A DNA stretch of 61,610 nt, filler included, from Nemertoderma westbladi (GCA_032718475.1; 3 parts of 3 records of this genome joined end to end with filler, not necessarily neighbours in it); one strand, 5' to 3'; counted from the first letter of the whole stretch, positions 24,592 through 37,959 are shown. Numbers and translations are program-made. The notes: generated by a model from the sequence alone, not told the origin.

Positions 24592-25589
24592 TGTTGCAAC
24601 GGTGTTGTCTCGGCAACTGATAGTAGCGTTAGAGACGCGTTTCGGCAACTGAGTGATGCATTTCGGCAACTCATAGTTGCATTTCGGCAACTCATAGTTG
24701 CATTTCGGCAACTGTTTAACAGGATGCGCTTAGGCAAACTGATAGATGCGTTTCGGCAACTGATAGATGCATTTCGGCAATTCGTAAACAAAGGCCAACT
24801 GGATACTGTATACAGTAGAGCCTACAGTATAGATTATTACCTTTGGCTCATTACGTTTCCCATTATTCAATTTCATTCTACATTAGTTTACCCACGCCTA
24901 CTCCCACACTACTAAATATTACCGGAGGCATACACAAAACCAACAATAAATGAATAATAATTATTATTGTTATTATGTCTGATCCATAAAATCAAAGTTA
25001 GGGCTACTACACATGTCGTGGAAGTCTATATCCCCTTGTAAGCGTAATATTGTACCGGTAAGCCTGAGTGAGCAAAAATATTAAAAAAATATATTCAAAA
25101 AAAATACCAATTCAACAAATTAGTACCTGAAATTAATTATTACTGAAGTTGTAGCTGTAAACCCCGCCCAACAAGGTGCGCTTCGCTTTGTATTAGAAAA
25201 ACTCCCCTTGGAAATTGTAAACGGGATTTGTGTTTCAGACAGACAGACTCCAGTTCCAAACGCTTCACATCCACAACTTCAGCTGTGGGTATATATAAAA
25301 TTAACTAACTAACTCAAACAGTTAACAACTCTGCCTTCAAAAACTATAACTAACTTAAACATGTCGTCATTTATAATATACTTACATAATGAGTGCAGTC
25401 ACAAATACATTACAGATACAGATACGATACCTAGTTGCCGAAACGCGACTTCAGTTCGCCGAAAAGCAACTACGAGTTGCCGAAACACAACTATAGCAGT
25501 TGGTGACACGTAATTGATCAGTTGCCGAAACGCGAATTTGAGTTGCCTAAACGTGACAGTTGCCGAAACGCGACGTAACCGTTGCAACA
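24592..25589. mobile_element. MITE (about 1 kb) with TGTTGCAACGGT TIRs and inverted arrays of about 21-bp subterminal repeats
   Basis: TGTTGCAACGGT / ACCGTTGCAACA ends; GCATTTCGGCAACT repeats on the left arm and AGTTGCCGAAACGC on the right arm. No clear TSD. Confidence 0.75.
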
Positions 25590-25810
25590 CTAATACAAAT
25601 GCTGGTATGAAGATAGTTCGACAACTTTACTTTCTGCTGGCAGAGCCAAATTTTTCAATTTTAAAATTATTTAGCTACAAGTCGTTACTTTATTTAAGTA
25701 TCTCCGTTGGCTTTATTTTAGTCTTTCGAATGTGATCTGGATATTATCAAAATACTAAGGTGTACATTTTGAAACGTAAGTCCATATGATTCCAGTGTTT
25801 AATTGTCTTT

Positions 25811-26055
25811 GTATATGTGATTAACATCCATAGATTGTATAAATTATTAAGTAATTAAACAGGACTAAGGATGATCCAACTCTATAGCAAATGGAGCGGA
25901 AAAAATGAATTCGCCACCAGCGGGGATCGAACCCGCGTCTCCCGATAAGCGTTCAGGTCTGCTAACCACTACACCACATTTTACATTTTTTCCGCTCCAT
26001 TTGCTATAGAGTTGGATCATCCTCAGTCCTGTTTAATTACTTAATTACTTAATAA
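25811..26055 (-). mobile_element. Hairpin retroposon-like insertion: inverted arms of about 65 bp around a tRNA-like core, with a 13-bp flanking direct repeat
   Basis: Arms 25841-25907 / 25984-26058; minus-strand A-box TGGTGTAGTGG and B-box GGTTCGATCCC at 25912-25978; TTTAATTGTCTTT at 25798-25810 and 26056-26068. Confidence 0.7.
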
Positions 26056-29000
26056 TTTAATTGTCTTTATTCTAGAATATTCATTATTATTTAATATATT
26101 ATTACAATTAGGGATGTCCCGGAATTCCGGCGGTATTTGCCCGATTGCGGTTCCGACCGGAAATTGTAGGAATGGGGTCAATTCCGGCCGGAATGTTACC
26201 GGAATTACCAATTTGCTAACTACTGTAGTTTAATAGTTGCAATTAATTTGTGAAATTACAGTATTATCACACATTATGTAAAAACAATAACAATATTATA
26301 TATACAGTACAGTATGTACAGTATATAGTATAACAGGTATTGTCCAACATAACATATAGGATTACTCCTAAAGCTGCAGCTTATTGACTAGGGGTCCTTT
26401 ATGTCACTATGTGACTGTATTAGGTCCAGCGCCGTTTGCGTTAGGTGCTGCGTAATATCGTAGATTTATTTCTACAGAAAAGCTATTTATTACCATAAAT
26501 TTATTATTCCCAGTAAAAATTAAACTGTAACATGTACCGTAATATTGCCTCTACTGTAGTTTATTGATTTGGTTAGAATAACATGTCACTGTAACCTGCT
26601 CCTTTCCAATAACAACACCAGGATATTGCACAAAAGCAATTAATATTACATTTTTGGTCAACGTAGGTATTCAAGGTATGTGGCCAAAAACCTAACTTTT
26701 GGCCAAGGTTATAGGTTTTTGGAAAAATTATGAAATTTAATTCCCTAAACCCATTTGGCCCGGGGAGGGCTTTTATAATTTTTTTTGTAATTCAACTGTA
26801 TCTTTGAGCCAGGTATGGTACTGTAGGAAAACCGATATTTCGTAGCTTTTCTTAAAATTAAATGGGCTATCCACCAGCGCAAACGCCAAAAACATAGCTG
26901 TGTTAGTTTTCGTGCTGTGGTCCCATTCTGGCACTCATCTCCAATATTTTTCGTCTGAAAATATTTTCAAAAGTTTTTATTGCTCGCTGAAATTAATTTA
27001 TTTGCGGTATATAGCGTTTATTTTAGATGCTGATCACGAATATACAGTAGAACTCAGATATAACATTCGAAAAAATTTCCAGTAATTTTGAAAGTACCCC
27101 CGGGGCACGAAAAAAACAAGTAGTTTAAATATGATAATAAAAATCACCACCAAATCAAATTGATTTTATAATAGGTATTGTCCAACATATTGATTTTATA
27201 ATAGGTATTGTCCAACATAATATATAGGATTACTTTAAGTATTAGTATTACTGTAGTATTTGTATTAAATTGATTTTATGACATTGCGGGTTTTCCGCGA
27301 TGCTGATCATGAATGGGACACTCATATCCGACTCATGTGGCATTACTCTATAGCTTCAGAATTATCCATCAAACACAACGTTTGCAGTTTTACATTTTTT
27401 TTTACTTGCACTTTTCGACCTGGGGGACCAGAATAGCAACAAAATGATGGCTGCAATGCCAGAATATATTTTTAACATGTGTTATCGCGATCAGCGACCT
27501 CGAAAACCCTTATAACTTCGAAATTTTAATTTTTAGCCAAGATCTATAAAATTTCTAAAATGACAACCCCCCAGGGCACATAATAAAAATAGTCCTGGTC
27601 AGAGAGGGTTAAGATACACCCCCCCCCCCCCCCCACCCCCGCCCCATAATCAATTTATCTTGCTTCCGGGCCAGTCCACTCTCCCACTCCCACCAAGACT
27701 CTCCCCAAGGTGCTGATTGATCTCATTAGTAAACTTGGCTTTAGAAATTAAAAAAAATATATTTCACAAAAAAATATAAAGTTTATGGGTCATTTAGAGT
27801 ATTTCACTAATTACACAAAAATTCAGGTTCCGGCATGTTGAATTCCGGTTCCGGTTCCGGCCGGAATTAAAATATAGATTCCGGGATAGGCAATAAAATG
27901 GTTACCATATGCAATAAAATTCACAGTGATAAAATTCACAGTAAATAAAATGGTTACCATATGCAATAAAATTCACAGTAATGTTTAAATTAATTAAATA
28001 AATCTATGATAATAAGTGTAAGTAATAGTTCCATTAGAATTATGCTTGGGCGGCTTAATATTTAGCTGAGTGTTCACCGTGTTTCCGTGTTCACCGTTCA
28101 CCGTGTTTCTTCATTAACCGTAATTAATATTCTAGAATTAAGTAAAAAAAACAACAGTCCCAGTCTCAATTCATGTACAAGTCTGTACTGTATATCGATT
28201 TATGTCTCAAAATGTATGCCTTTGAATTTTGATAATACAGATCTCCAAAAGTTAGTGGGGAAAATGAAAACGGTGTTCAGATTCGGAATCTGCAGATGAA
28301 GGCGGTTCTAATGATAGATTGTATTCAAAAGAGGAAAATTAAAGCCAACAGAGATGGTTAAATATTGCCAAATATACGATTTTTATACAGTAGCTCAGAA
28401 ATTGAAAAATCAGCACCTGAATAGTGTGAAAAGTTGTCAAACTTAATCATACCAAATTTCGTAGCATTTGATTGAAATTTGAAAGAAATTAGGGGGGGGG
28501 GGGGGGGTTCCTACTTGCTAAAAAAATGGATTTTTGTATTAAGGGAGATGGTGTAATGTAAATGATTATTCATTATTTAGTTCAAGGCTTATATGATAAC
28601 CTTATGAGATTGGAAGGCAAAGCGTTTTTAGATGCAGTCGTATTATGTTAGGGAAGTTTTTATATTTCATTACAAAACCACATTATATCCACAGACATAA
28701 ATTGGGGCGAATTCTTACATTCTTATTTATTTATTGCAGGAAGTAGTCTGGGTAGTTCTCGAGATTTTAGTAGTAGAGACTACTACTATCCACTACTAGA
28801 GACCACCGTAATTATTTTCTTAGGTTACAGTCTGCTGGTCAATGTATCTCACTAGCAATAATGTCACTGGTCCAGTCTCCGCCTAGACTTTTACACTCCC
28901 AGACGTATTTATCTGTCCTTGTTAAAATAACTCTATGTCTGGGCTGGGTATGAGTGACGCGTCAACTAATATAGAGCCAGACATACGCCCATAACCAATA

Positions 29001-29419
29001 TGGATTGATTTGTATTTAACTCAACTCAAATGTAAAGGGAATTGCCCTAAAATAAAAACTTTCGATCTCAAAAATAATGAGTTACAAAACTCCCCAAAGA
29101 ACCGAAAAGAGCCTAATTTGTTGTGACTTTAAGTTACTGTAAGATGACACGACAAAATGTTATAAAGTTGGACCAACTAACACCACAGAATCGAAAACAA
29201 ACAGGATCCAATGCGGTTGAACTTATATTCTGAAGGGATATTGATTGACACCCTGACTTATAATTTGGCGTTGGTTATTTTGTGTTCTTTAGATGCGCTT
29301 CTATAATGTAAATATCTTAAAATGGAAAAGTTTTCTTCGGCCATTAGACCGGGGATTACGCACAAAGTGTGGCGACTTATTTGTAGAAAGGGGTAACAGG
29401 GGGGGGGGGGGGGGGGGTG

Positions 29420-29485
29420 TGCCTGCCCCCCGTCTGGGGTTCGAACCCACGACCCAAGGAAACTGATGCCACTCACTACGCCAAA
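29420..29485 (-). mobile_element. tRNA-derived SINE head fragment
   Basis: Minus strand TGGCGTAGTG..GGGTTCGAACCCC (A and B boxes) without a full cloverleaf. Confidence 0.45.
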
Positions 29486-29568
29486 GTAAGGACCTAAATT
29501 AATTAGTCGATATAACGACAATGAATATCATCTGATTGGTTCCAGCACAGTTACTATATTAGGGTAGG

Positions 29569-30268
29569 CAACAGCGCTATTAATGGATGTGGGCAACCCG
29601 ACCCAACCAACAGCGCTATTAATGGATGTGGGCAACCCAACCCAGCCAACAGCGCTATTAATGGATGTGGGCAACCCAACCCAGCCAACAGCGCTAGTAA
29701 TGGATGTGGGCAACCCAACGCAGCCAACAGCGTTATTAATGGATGTGGGCAACCCAACCCAACCAACAGCGCTATTAATGGATGTGGGCAACCCAACCCA
29801 GCCAACAGCGCTAGTAATGGATGTGGGCAACCCAACCCAGCCAACAGCGTTATTAATGGATGTGGGCAACCCAACCCAGCCAACAGCGTTATTAATGGAT
29901 GTGGGCAACCCAACCCAGCCAACAGCGCTAGTAATGGATGTGGGCAACCCGACCCAACCAACAGCGCTATTAATGGATGTGGGCAACCCAACCCAGCCAA
30001 CAGCGTTATTAATGGATGTGGGCAACCCAACCCAGCCAACAGCGCTAGTAATGGATGTGGGCAACCCGACCCAACCAACAGCGCTATTAATGGATGTGGG
30101 CAACCCAACCCAGCCAACAGCGCTATTAATGGATGTGGGCAACCCAACCCAACCAACAGCGCTATTAATGGATGTGGGCAACCCAACCCAGCCAACAGCG
30201 CTAGTAATGGATGTGGGCAACCCGACCCAGCCAACAGCGCTATTAATGGATGTGGGCAACCCAACCCA
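29569..30268. repeat. 39-bp minisatellite, about 18 copies, running into the spacer
   Basis: Unit ATGGATGTGGGCAACCCAACCCAGCCAACAGCGCTATTA with few variant sites. Confidence 0.95.
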
Positions 30269-30368
30269 NNNNNNNNNNNNNNNNNNNNNNNNNNNNNNNN
30301 NNNNNNNNNNNNTTAATTAATTAANNNNNNNNNNNNNNNNNNNNNNNNNNNNNNNNNNNNNNNNNNNN
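30269..30368. other. Artificial gap/contig-join spacer
   Basis: N44-TTAATTAATTAA-N44, a six-frame stop linker identical to 50849-50948. Confidence 0.95.
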
Positions 30369-31001
30369 TATTACATGTTAGTTTAATTTTGCTGGGAATA
30401 AGTAGATTTATCGTAAGAAATAACTTTTCTGTAAATATAAAGAAACCTACTGTATTATGCAGCACCTAGGACGCAGGAAATAATGACGCATGACGTAACG
30501 AGGACTTGCAGGACCTAAAGAAGACGCAGTTCACCTATACGTAGTGTAATAACGTTTTATGTTAGTTTTTAAGCTAGCCTGGTGTATTTGTGTAATTTTT
30601 TTATTTTTATTATAATTTTTTTTGCAATTGTTTTAGTTTTTTTCCCCCATTATAATCGTAATATTTATTCAATTCAACAGATATAAATGTGTTGCCCAAC
30701 AAATTAGACCAATAATAACAATATTAACAAAGAAGAAACACCGACAATTGGCAGTAACGGTACAGAGACTGACGGTCGTGGTCGCAGTATTATAAAAATA
30801 CTAAAATATTTGCATTTATTAATTTATTAGGAACTAAATATGTACAGTTGTACTAAATGTTTGTGTAATATTGTATTTGTAACCAAGTAACATAAAGGAC
30901 CCCCTTGGAAATAAGCTGCAAAGCTTCAGGGGTAATCCTATATGTTATGTTGGACAATACCAATATTAATATTATCATATTTATTTAATAATTATATCAA
31001 A

Positions 31002-31085
31002 GTAAAATAATGTAAAATCAATGTAAAATAATGTGAAATCAATGTAAAATAATGTGAAATCAATGTAAAATAATGTGAAATCAAT
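31002..31085. repeat. 21-bp tandem repeat, about 4 copies
   Basis: AATGTAAAATAATGTGAAATC units. Confidence 0.8.
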
Positions 31086-31129
31086 CTAAAAAAGGTTATT
31101 TATAAGCAAATTGTAAAACCACTCGTTAA

Positions 31130-31501
31130 GGCTCATGCTCCACTGGTAAGTCTTATGTCGTAAGTAAAAATATATTATGGAACACCAACACATTTTCATT
31201 TTCGATGGGAGCGTCTCCACTCTACTGGTAAATCGTAAGTAACGACTTTTGAGCGAAAGTGATTATGTCCCATGTTCCATCTTTGTTGACATTCGACTCT
31301 GGCTTATGGCATGCTCAAAGCCTGTGATTGATTCCTTTGGTAGAAATATGTAGTAAATGTGAGACCCATCTTATATTTTTTTAAAATAACTTTTGACTTA
31401 TGTGTTACCAGTGGAGCAAAGGAGCTGTAATTTTGACAGATGAAAACAGTCTGAAGACAAAATCTGATAACGACTTATGTCTTACCAGTGGAGCACGGGC
31501 C
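31130..31501. mobile_element. PIF/Harbinger-type MITE
   Basis: TIRs GGCTCATGCTCCACTGGTAAG / CTTACCAGTGGAGCACGGGCC flanked by a 3-bp TAA duplication. Confidence 0.75.
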
Positions 31502-32097
31502 TAATGCATTCCATAAAAAATCTTCAGAACGACAAAAGATTTTACACATGTGAATTAATCCGGTATAAAACTACAGTAGTAACATATGGTTTCACCATTT
31601 TAGTTTGATTATCAGGTGACAATTTTTTGGAAATGTGGTACATACCCATCAAGACTAAATTGACTTTAAAAACGGAGTAGCAGTAAATTTTCCCTCGTCA
31701 CAGGTTCGTTAGGTTCCACCTAAATTGAATTCCCACCTCTCTGGAGGTTGTGGGTTCGATCCCCGCATGGGGGCCACGGCAGTTTTCGGTTCGGCACGAA
31801 TGTTTTGAAGGGGCTAGCAAGGGGTATGATCTAAGATAACGGCCGAAGAAAACTTTACTCCTTTACTTTTTTTACAAGTGTTGACAAGTACGGTATCTTA
31901 AATATATTAAAATATATGTTCAAAAAATATATAAATCGTGATAATAATTTAAAAAACAAAAATCTATCAAAATAGTTAGGAACCTGGTAATTCGGTAAAA
32001 TTCTTTCCGGAACTGACCACATTCCGGCCGGTACCGGAATAAGGCCTAAACCACCGGAACTGAATTCCGGTACATCCCTATTGCTATATATTATATA

Positions 32098-32843
32098 CAA
32101 CATGTCCTGGAATATAGTGTCGTTATATATATAGTCCCGGTACATGGCAGCATGGACCCCCCCAAATTTTTCTACAAATCTTATGAGATTGCATGAAATT
32201 TGAAACATAGTCAGTTTCACCTCCTTCTTATTGGGTGAGCCAGAATTGCTTTCAATCTTTCGCTACAAGCTTTTGAAAAATGTGTCTCCGGTTATATTTC
32301 ACCAATTACACTTCGGTTATTCTTGAAACTTATCCTGATTTATTGGTACCAATAAAAAAGCTGACCGTGCAAGGATTCCAGAAATGTAAAGACATTTGAA
32401 TTTGGTTGGGAAATAGCTGAGATATTGGCGTTCGAATTTTGCATGTATTTGCTTCCCCCGCAGGCCATTTATTCTATTTAATAAATACATCATTGAACGC
32501 TCATATCTCAGCTATTTCCCAACCAAATTCAAATATTTTTACATTTCTGGAATCCTTGCACGGCCACCTTTCTATTGGAACAACAAACCACGATAATGTA
32601 CAGGAATAACTGCGGTGTAACTGGTGAAATATCACCGGAGACACCTTTTTCAAACGCTTGTAGCTAAAGAATGAAAGCAAAAATAAAAATCCTGACTCAC
32701 CCAGCAAGGAGGAGGAGGGAGGTGAAACTATCTTTGTTTCAAATTTTATGCTATCTCATTAAGATTTGCAGGAAAATTAGGGGGGGGGGGGGGGGGGGAG
32801 TTCCAGGTACCTGAATAACGACACTATATTCCAGGACATGGTG
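32098..32843. mobile_element. Tc1/mariner-type foldback MITE
   Basis: TA|CAACATGTCCTGGAATATAGTGTCGTTAT ... ATAACGACACTATATTCCAGGACATGGTG|TA; the arms are inverted over most of the length. Confidence 0.8.
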
Positions 32844-33059
32844 TATACAAGTAAAAACAAATAACTGGTATAGAATGGCAGCTATTAAATGATGCCCCCA
32901 ATGTGAATATAATCCATTGATTCTAATGGTACCTAATTAAAGAGTCTCTAAAGGAAAAAATAATAAAGAGTGAATTCCTAAATATACTTAAAACCCCAAA
33001 ACAACTCCTGTACCGGTACCGGGTACTATAAAGTCAAGCTGTCTGATAATGTAACTCAC

Positions 33060-33326
33060 TTGTATCCAACATTTTCTTAGAGTTTACAGCCATGGCCCTG
33101 GCGCGTCCTGCGACCGTGGGGACGCGCTTCTTAGCGGGATTCTGCGCGTCCTCGCTCTTCTGCAGTAAATCGGCGCGAACTGTGGCGCTTTTGGGTTTCC
33201 GTTTGAGGGAGAAATGTTTGGAGTGGTGATGGGAGGCGAGAGCCGGGATGTTTACTGACGATTTATTTATGTACCGGAATTGGATGGGTATAGCTGTATC
33301 GCTAACCAGGGAGGGAACAGTTTCAA
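33060..33326 (-). CDS. NELFA: Negative elongation factor A, coding exon 3
   Basis: PIQFRYINK..KHFSLKRKPKSATVRADLLQKS matches NELF-A KHFQLKRKPKSATLRAELLQKS; TTTTAG acceptor and GTGAGT donor, phase 1/1. Confidence 0.9.
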
Positions 33327-33939
33327 CTAAAATATAATTAATCAACTATATTGGGGCAATACGATATTGTGGCACAATTTTAAGAGAGAGAGAGAGAGAG
33401 AGGAGGGGGGGGGGGGGGGGGGGGGGTTGAATTAAAAGTTTTTCAATGTTCATGCCTCAACAACCTAGATTTGGGTGAATTCGATTTTATTACCAAATTA
33501 GTTTCAATTTTCTTTTTTTTAACTCGTTGAAAAGTTAGCTTCCCGAACAAAATTTTATCCCGTTGAGATTATGTTCGGGAAACTATTCTGAATGTCAGAT
33601 TGGCGGTAAGATTGGGTGGCTAGATGGTCGCGTCCATCTCTCACAGAAGACACTCACATCCTGCATTATTCCCCTATTTGGCTTGTAGTTGTACTCTGGA
33701 GGAGTCCCGAATAGATGGGGTGGGTGGAAGAAACCAAGTGTGTGGAAAACTTTCCTAGCTAATAGTCGGGGTGTCTGGAATAAGAGAATTGTGGATGGAT
33801 TTTTTTTCAAAACTTAATAGCCGTGTCGCCCGCCCTGTCTATTCGGGTCTCCAAGTAATTATACAATGGGAATCGCTCTGTGCGGTTAAAGTCAAACATA
33901 TCTGATTATACCTACTGACTATTCTGCTATTTACCAAAC

Positions 33940-34111
33940 CTGTTTTAATAAGATCATTCAAGACCTCTGAAACGATGGGATGATTCTTAGTGATGTCAGT
34001 GTCGAGGAGACCAGATCTAGGGTAGGGCAGGACCATCCTACCAATCATCTTAACCCAGTCGTCATCGTCTTCAGCGGCAATACCAAGAAGGTCGGTCAAT
34101 TCGTTCTTGTG
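33940..34111 (-). CDS. NELFA: Negative elongation factor A, coding exon 2
   Basis: HKNELTDLLGIAAEDDDDWVKMIGRMVLPYPRSGLLDTD..; TTTTCAG acceptor (phase 0) and a phase 1 GT donor compatible with exon 3. Confidence 0.85.
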
Positions 34112-34645
34112 CTGAAAATAAAACCCGACTAATGTCAGAATGTCATATAAAGGAATAATAACTATATACGTCATTGTTCATAAAATAGCTAATTATGAAC
34201 AATGGCGAATCTAATTTTATTTATTTGTGTGGAATTATTTGTAGTTATTCACTTAAACATTCTACAACAACCTTCAACAGGAGAGTATGGCATTTTAATT
34301 ATACACACTTTCTTCTCGAGTTAATTTAGCGTAGTGGATAACACGTTGGGTTATGAATGTAAAGGACGCTGGTTCGATTCTGACCTATTTCATTTTTGTA
34401 AGTTTTAGAATTGTAAAATAGTTAGTGTATATTCGAATGACGTCATGTAATTATATTTAGAATGACGCGATGACATACCGGATATAAATAGTAAAACGAA
34501 TGGCGTAGGGACATACTGAGAAATAATGTCGCAATGCGATATAAAGCTGGAAAATATGTCGCCCTGGAGATTTGGTCTGGAGATTTAGATATGGATAGAT
34601 CTGGAGATTTGTGAGAAATTAATTCCACACAAATAAATAAATATA

Positions 34646-35224
34646 TTTTGTTACATTATGTCAACTTAACAGCGTTCTGGTGAATTACTCGTAACGCTGC
34701 AAAGTACTACTTTGCAGCGTTGCGGCCTATAGGATGGAACGCTGCAAAGTAACCAATCGCATGGAAACAACTTCAATTACCGTATTACATAATGTATTAT
34801 TTCCATTTATGTTAATGACTAATGAGTGCTGCTTTATTATCCAGTTTGCAGTGACGGGACTACAGGACTAGCTACTGCATGTAAATAATCGTTTAACGTG
34901 TACTGTAATCCATTATGGCGAAACATCCAATATAAGACAGACACAAAAATGGCGACAGTGTTCAGTAAAACTGAACGGACACAGACGATGACTAAGTTTG
35001 CTTCAGTCGACTATATATAGTCAAGATGGATTAACAATTTATCACATCCATGCAGGAGATAACTTCCAATAAATTTTAATTTGATTTAAATGTCTAATTA
35101 CTACTGTGTACCTGTTAATAAATTTCACTTATATTTTATATATGATTAAAATGTATAAATGAGTATCCATTAAATCTTTTTTTCATATACCGAACGCTGA
35201 TAAGTTGACATAATGTAGCAAAAT
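34646..35224. mobile_element. MITE-like element in NELFA intron 1
   Basis: Inverted ends of about 35 bp: TTTTGTTACATTATGTCAACTTAACAGCGTTC / GAACGCTGATAAGTTGACATAATGTAGCAAAA. Confidence 0.6.
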
Positions 35225-35855
35225 TACATACATCATTGCTGCATTGCTTGCAAATCCTCGTTGTCTGCTCCTTGTTTATTTATGTAAACCTCCCTCGCAT
35301 GTTTCTCTTTTAAACAGGGAAACAGGTACTGGCATCCAAATAAATTTAAATAAAAATCCTATAGGTCTATGTATGTATTAGCATTGCCGCATTGTGCCTT
35401 GCCTATTATATACTCAAATCTTGCACTCCGGTACGGTGATGCACTGATGCATTTTAGCTTCTGCAATCTCGTAACAGAATATCAGAATATTGTACGATTT
35501 GTACCTCATGAAACTTTCATTTATTGCAGTATTACTTTGTTCCTTCAACAAATCACAGCTCGCTCAATGATCACAACAGCATCGTACTGGTACAAATGAG
35601 CAAATATAGGCTAATTATTATTTCTGTGTTTGTAGCCGAGTCCCCGAGTCAACCTGTATATTGTTAAATTTACCGGTACCTTATGTTTAAGAGAGGAGGG
35701 GGATCTACCGCCGAGCGGCTGACCCAGTGACCAGTAGGCACCGACACACCTAGCGGCTGACCAGTCTGTCAGTAGGCACCGACAGACAGATAACAGACTG
35801 ACACAGGTATTTTTTCCTACTGACTGCCTGACCATATGGTTTCCCTCAGCCTCAA

Positions 35856-36499
35856 AAGATGGTATGCTTGAGCATGTGGATGACTTCTGTTACCTGGGAT
35901 CATGGATCCGGAAGTCAGGTGAGGACCTTCGAATACGTAAGGGAAAGGCATGGGCAGCCTTGAATAGGCTTTCCAGGATTTGGAAGTCACCGAGAATTAA
36001 TCGGAAACTTAAGGTCCGGTTATTTAGAGCAGCAGTAGTTCCAGTACTCCTCTATGGGAGTCCATGCTGGCTCTAACTGCTGAGGACACCAAATCTCTGG
36101 ATGGCACATTCACAAGAATGCTACGCCGGGTTCATTGTGTCAAGTACAATGCACACATCTCCAACCAGACACTATATAACATTGGAGGTGTCTCATTGGT
36201 TCCCCCAAGCTTGACACTAGAACAAAATCGCCTCCGCTTTGCAGGACATTGCTTTCGCCGTGAGGACCAGCCAGTGCATAATCTTGTACTTTGGCAGCCT
36301 CATGGAGTGAATAAGCATGGTGGACAGCCCATGACTTTCTTGAGACGCATCTTAAAGGACACTGGCCTTGAAGATGCGGATGATCTAGCAAATGTCATGG
36401 GTGATAGGGAGTTGTGGCGGTGCAATTTTGTCGATAAGCCGCACAGCATTCTTAAAAATGGAGCTGCAATTGCAATGCAGCATGCCGATCCTAGTCTAG
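35856..36499 (+). mobile_element. 5'-truncated RTE retrotransposon in NELFA intron 1 (antisense to the gene)
   Basis: FCYLGS, VLLYGS..W and RLRFAGHCFR motifs; 15-bp TSD TTCCCTCAGCCTCAA at 35841-35855 and 36500-36514. Confidence 0.9.
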
Positions 36500-36877
36500 T
36501 TCCCTCAGCCTCAATTGGTAAAGTGATCGTTTATTGCTGTATTCAGGTAGGCCTATTGTTGTGGTTAGAAAAGCCCGCCTCTGTAACCCGCTTGCTTCTT
36601 TCCCTCCAACGGTAAAGTGGCCGTTTATCGTTTTGGTTAGAATAGCCTGCCTTTGTAACCTGCTCCTTTTCCTCAGTGTTACTTAGACCCTATTTATGAA
36701 CAAAAATGTTTGGCGAATGAAAAAAAATTCTAAAGTGTTTCATAAAATAAGCGGTATACCGTATATAGCCTATGGTAGGCCTATATAAAAGTGTTACAAG
36801 GTCAGAAGGTACAGTCCCCAAAGTAATTATACACCATACCCGGCCTACAGCATAACAGTATGTGCCTACCCCCCTAC

Positions 36878-37087
36878 CTCATCCACGTTCCTTCTTGGCA
36901 TGTGAAGAACACTCAATATCAACTTGATTTTCACTTGAGGCTGCAACTCATCAAAACACGAACAGATCTTATTGAGAACATCCTTGTTAAATGAAACGTG
37001 AATGTTTGACGTGGACCAGAGATCCTCTGAACTACCGAGTTTATTATGCAGCCAAAGGGATATATTAGCATCTTTTACAGAGGCCAT
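36878..37087 (-). CDS. NELFA: Negative elongation factor A, coding exon 1
   Basis: MASVKDANISLWLHNKLGSSEDLW..VKIKLILSVLHMPRRNVDE matches the NELF-A N-terminus; GAG|GTAGG donor, phase 0. Confidence 0.92.
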
Positions 37088-37959
37088 TACTGCTGTACTG
37101 CATTATTACATAGGCCTAGCCCTAGGCATATTCCAGTATTCTGATATTAGGCCTACAGTATTACTGTTAGTTAGCTGGTTAGTTCTGTAGTTCAGCAGTT
37201 GTTAGGATATCTCATACCGGTACTGTCATATCGGCACTGCTGTACTGTCAGATTGTCTGACAGTCAAATATCTACGCCTAGCAGCCGTATTGCAGTACTG
37301 CTGTACTGTCAGACTGCTGGACTGTCATTGCAGCATTGTTTCGGAAGATTCTGAGGTTTAATCTTCAACTTCCAAGCACCAAAGTAAAGTAAAAACTTTA
37401 CTGTTGACTTCCACATACTGACATAGGAGTCAGCATTGTTTTGAGCTCAATACTTAACATAGTGTGGAACATCGACCACTCTGCCACTTGAGCTGCAACC
37501 TTCATAGGCTGCTGACACACTATGACTATAGCTGTATAGATCATACAATGGCTTGGCTATCTGACCTGACCTGTTTTGAACTACTCTGTTTCTGTGAGAA
37601 TCATGATTTGAGCACCAAGCAAGGGTCTGCTCTTTGTGTTCAAATTTCATTTAATTTCTTAGGTTTAAACACCACAAAAACATAATTTTTGGCCATAAAT
37701 AGTGTGAGGTCTAATTATATAAATAGAATCATTTTGTTATATATTTTGGCAGTTACCTCAAGAAGACTGCTCCCACCAGTCCACGAAATTACACGGTATG
37801 TTGGTATACAAAACAGCCAAAGTCTCCTTTCTAGGGGAGAGGCTTTCGTTTCGTGTAGTTGTCTTTTAGTCCAAATTGATCGCTCTTCCCCTTTCAACAG
37901 GGCTCTTCCTCTTCCCCTTTTTCCAAGTGCACTTCAGGTGCCTCTTCCTGTCTTCCCCC

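Noticed and set aside
29528-30320. Long repetitive ORFs on both strands and a CRISPR-like periodicity
   Set aside because: A 39-bp unit (multiple of 3) keeps frames open by chance. The units abut with no unique spacers and no cas genes are present.
26109-32080. TAGGGATGT..ACATCCCTA as the ends of one 6-kb hAT element
   Set aside because: The 8-bp flanks differ and the pair spans an artificial spacer; more likely two partial copies of one family.
34320-34390. tRNA-like A/B boxes (also at about 31740-31775)
   Set aside because: No cloverleaf; at most decayed SINE heads, not tRNA genes.
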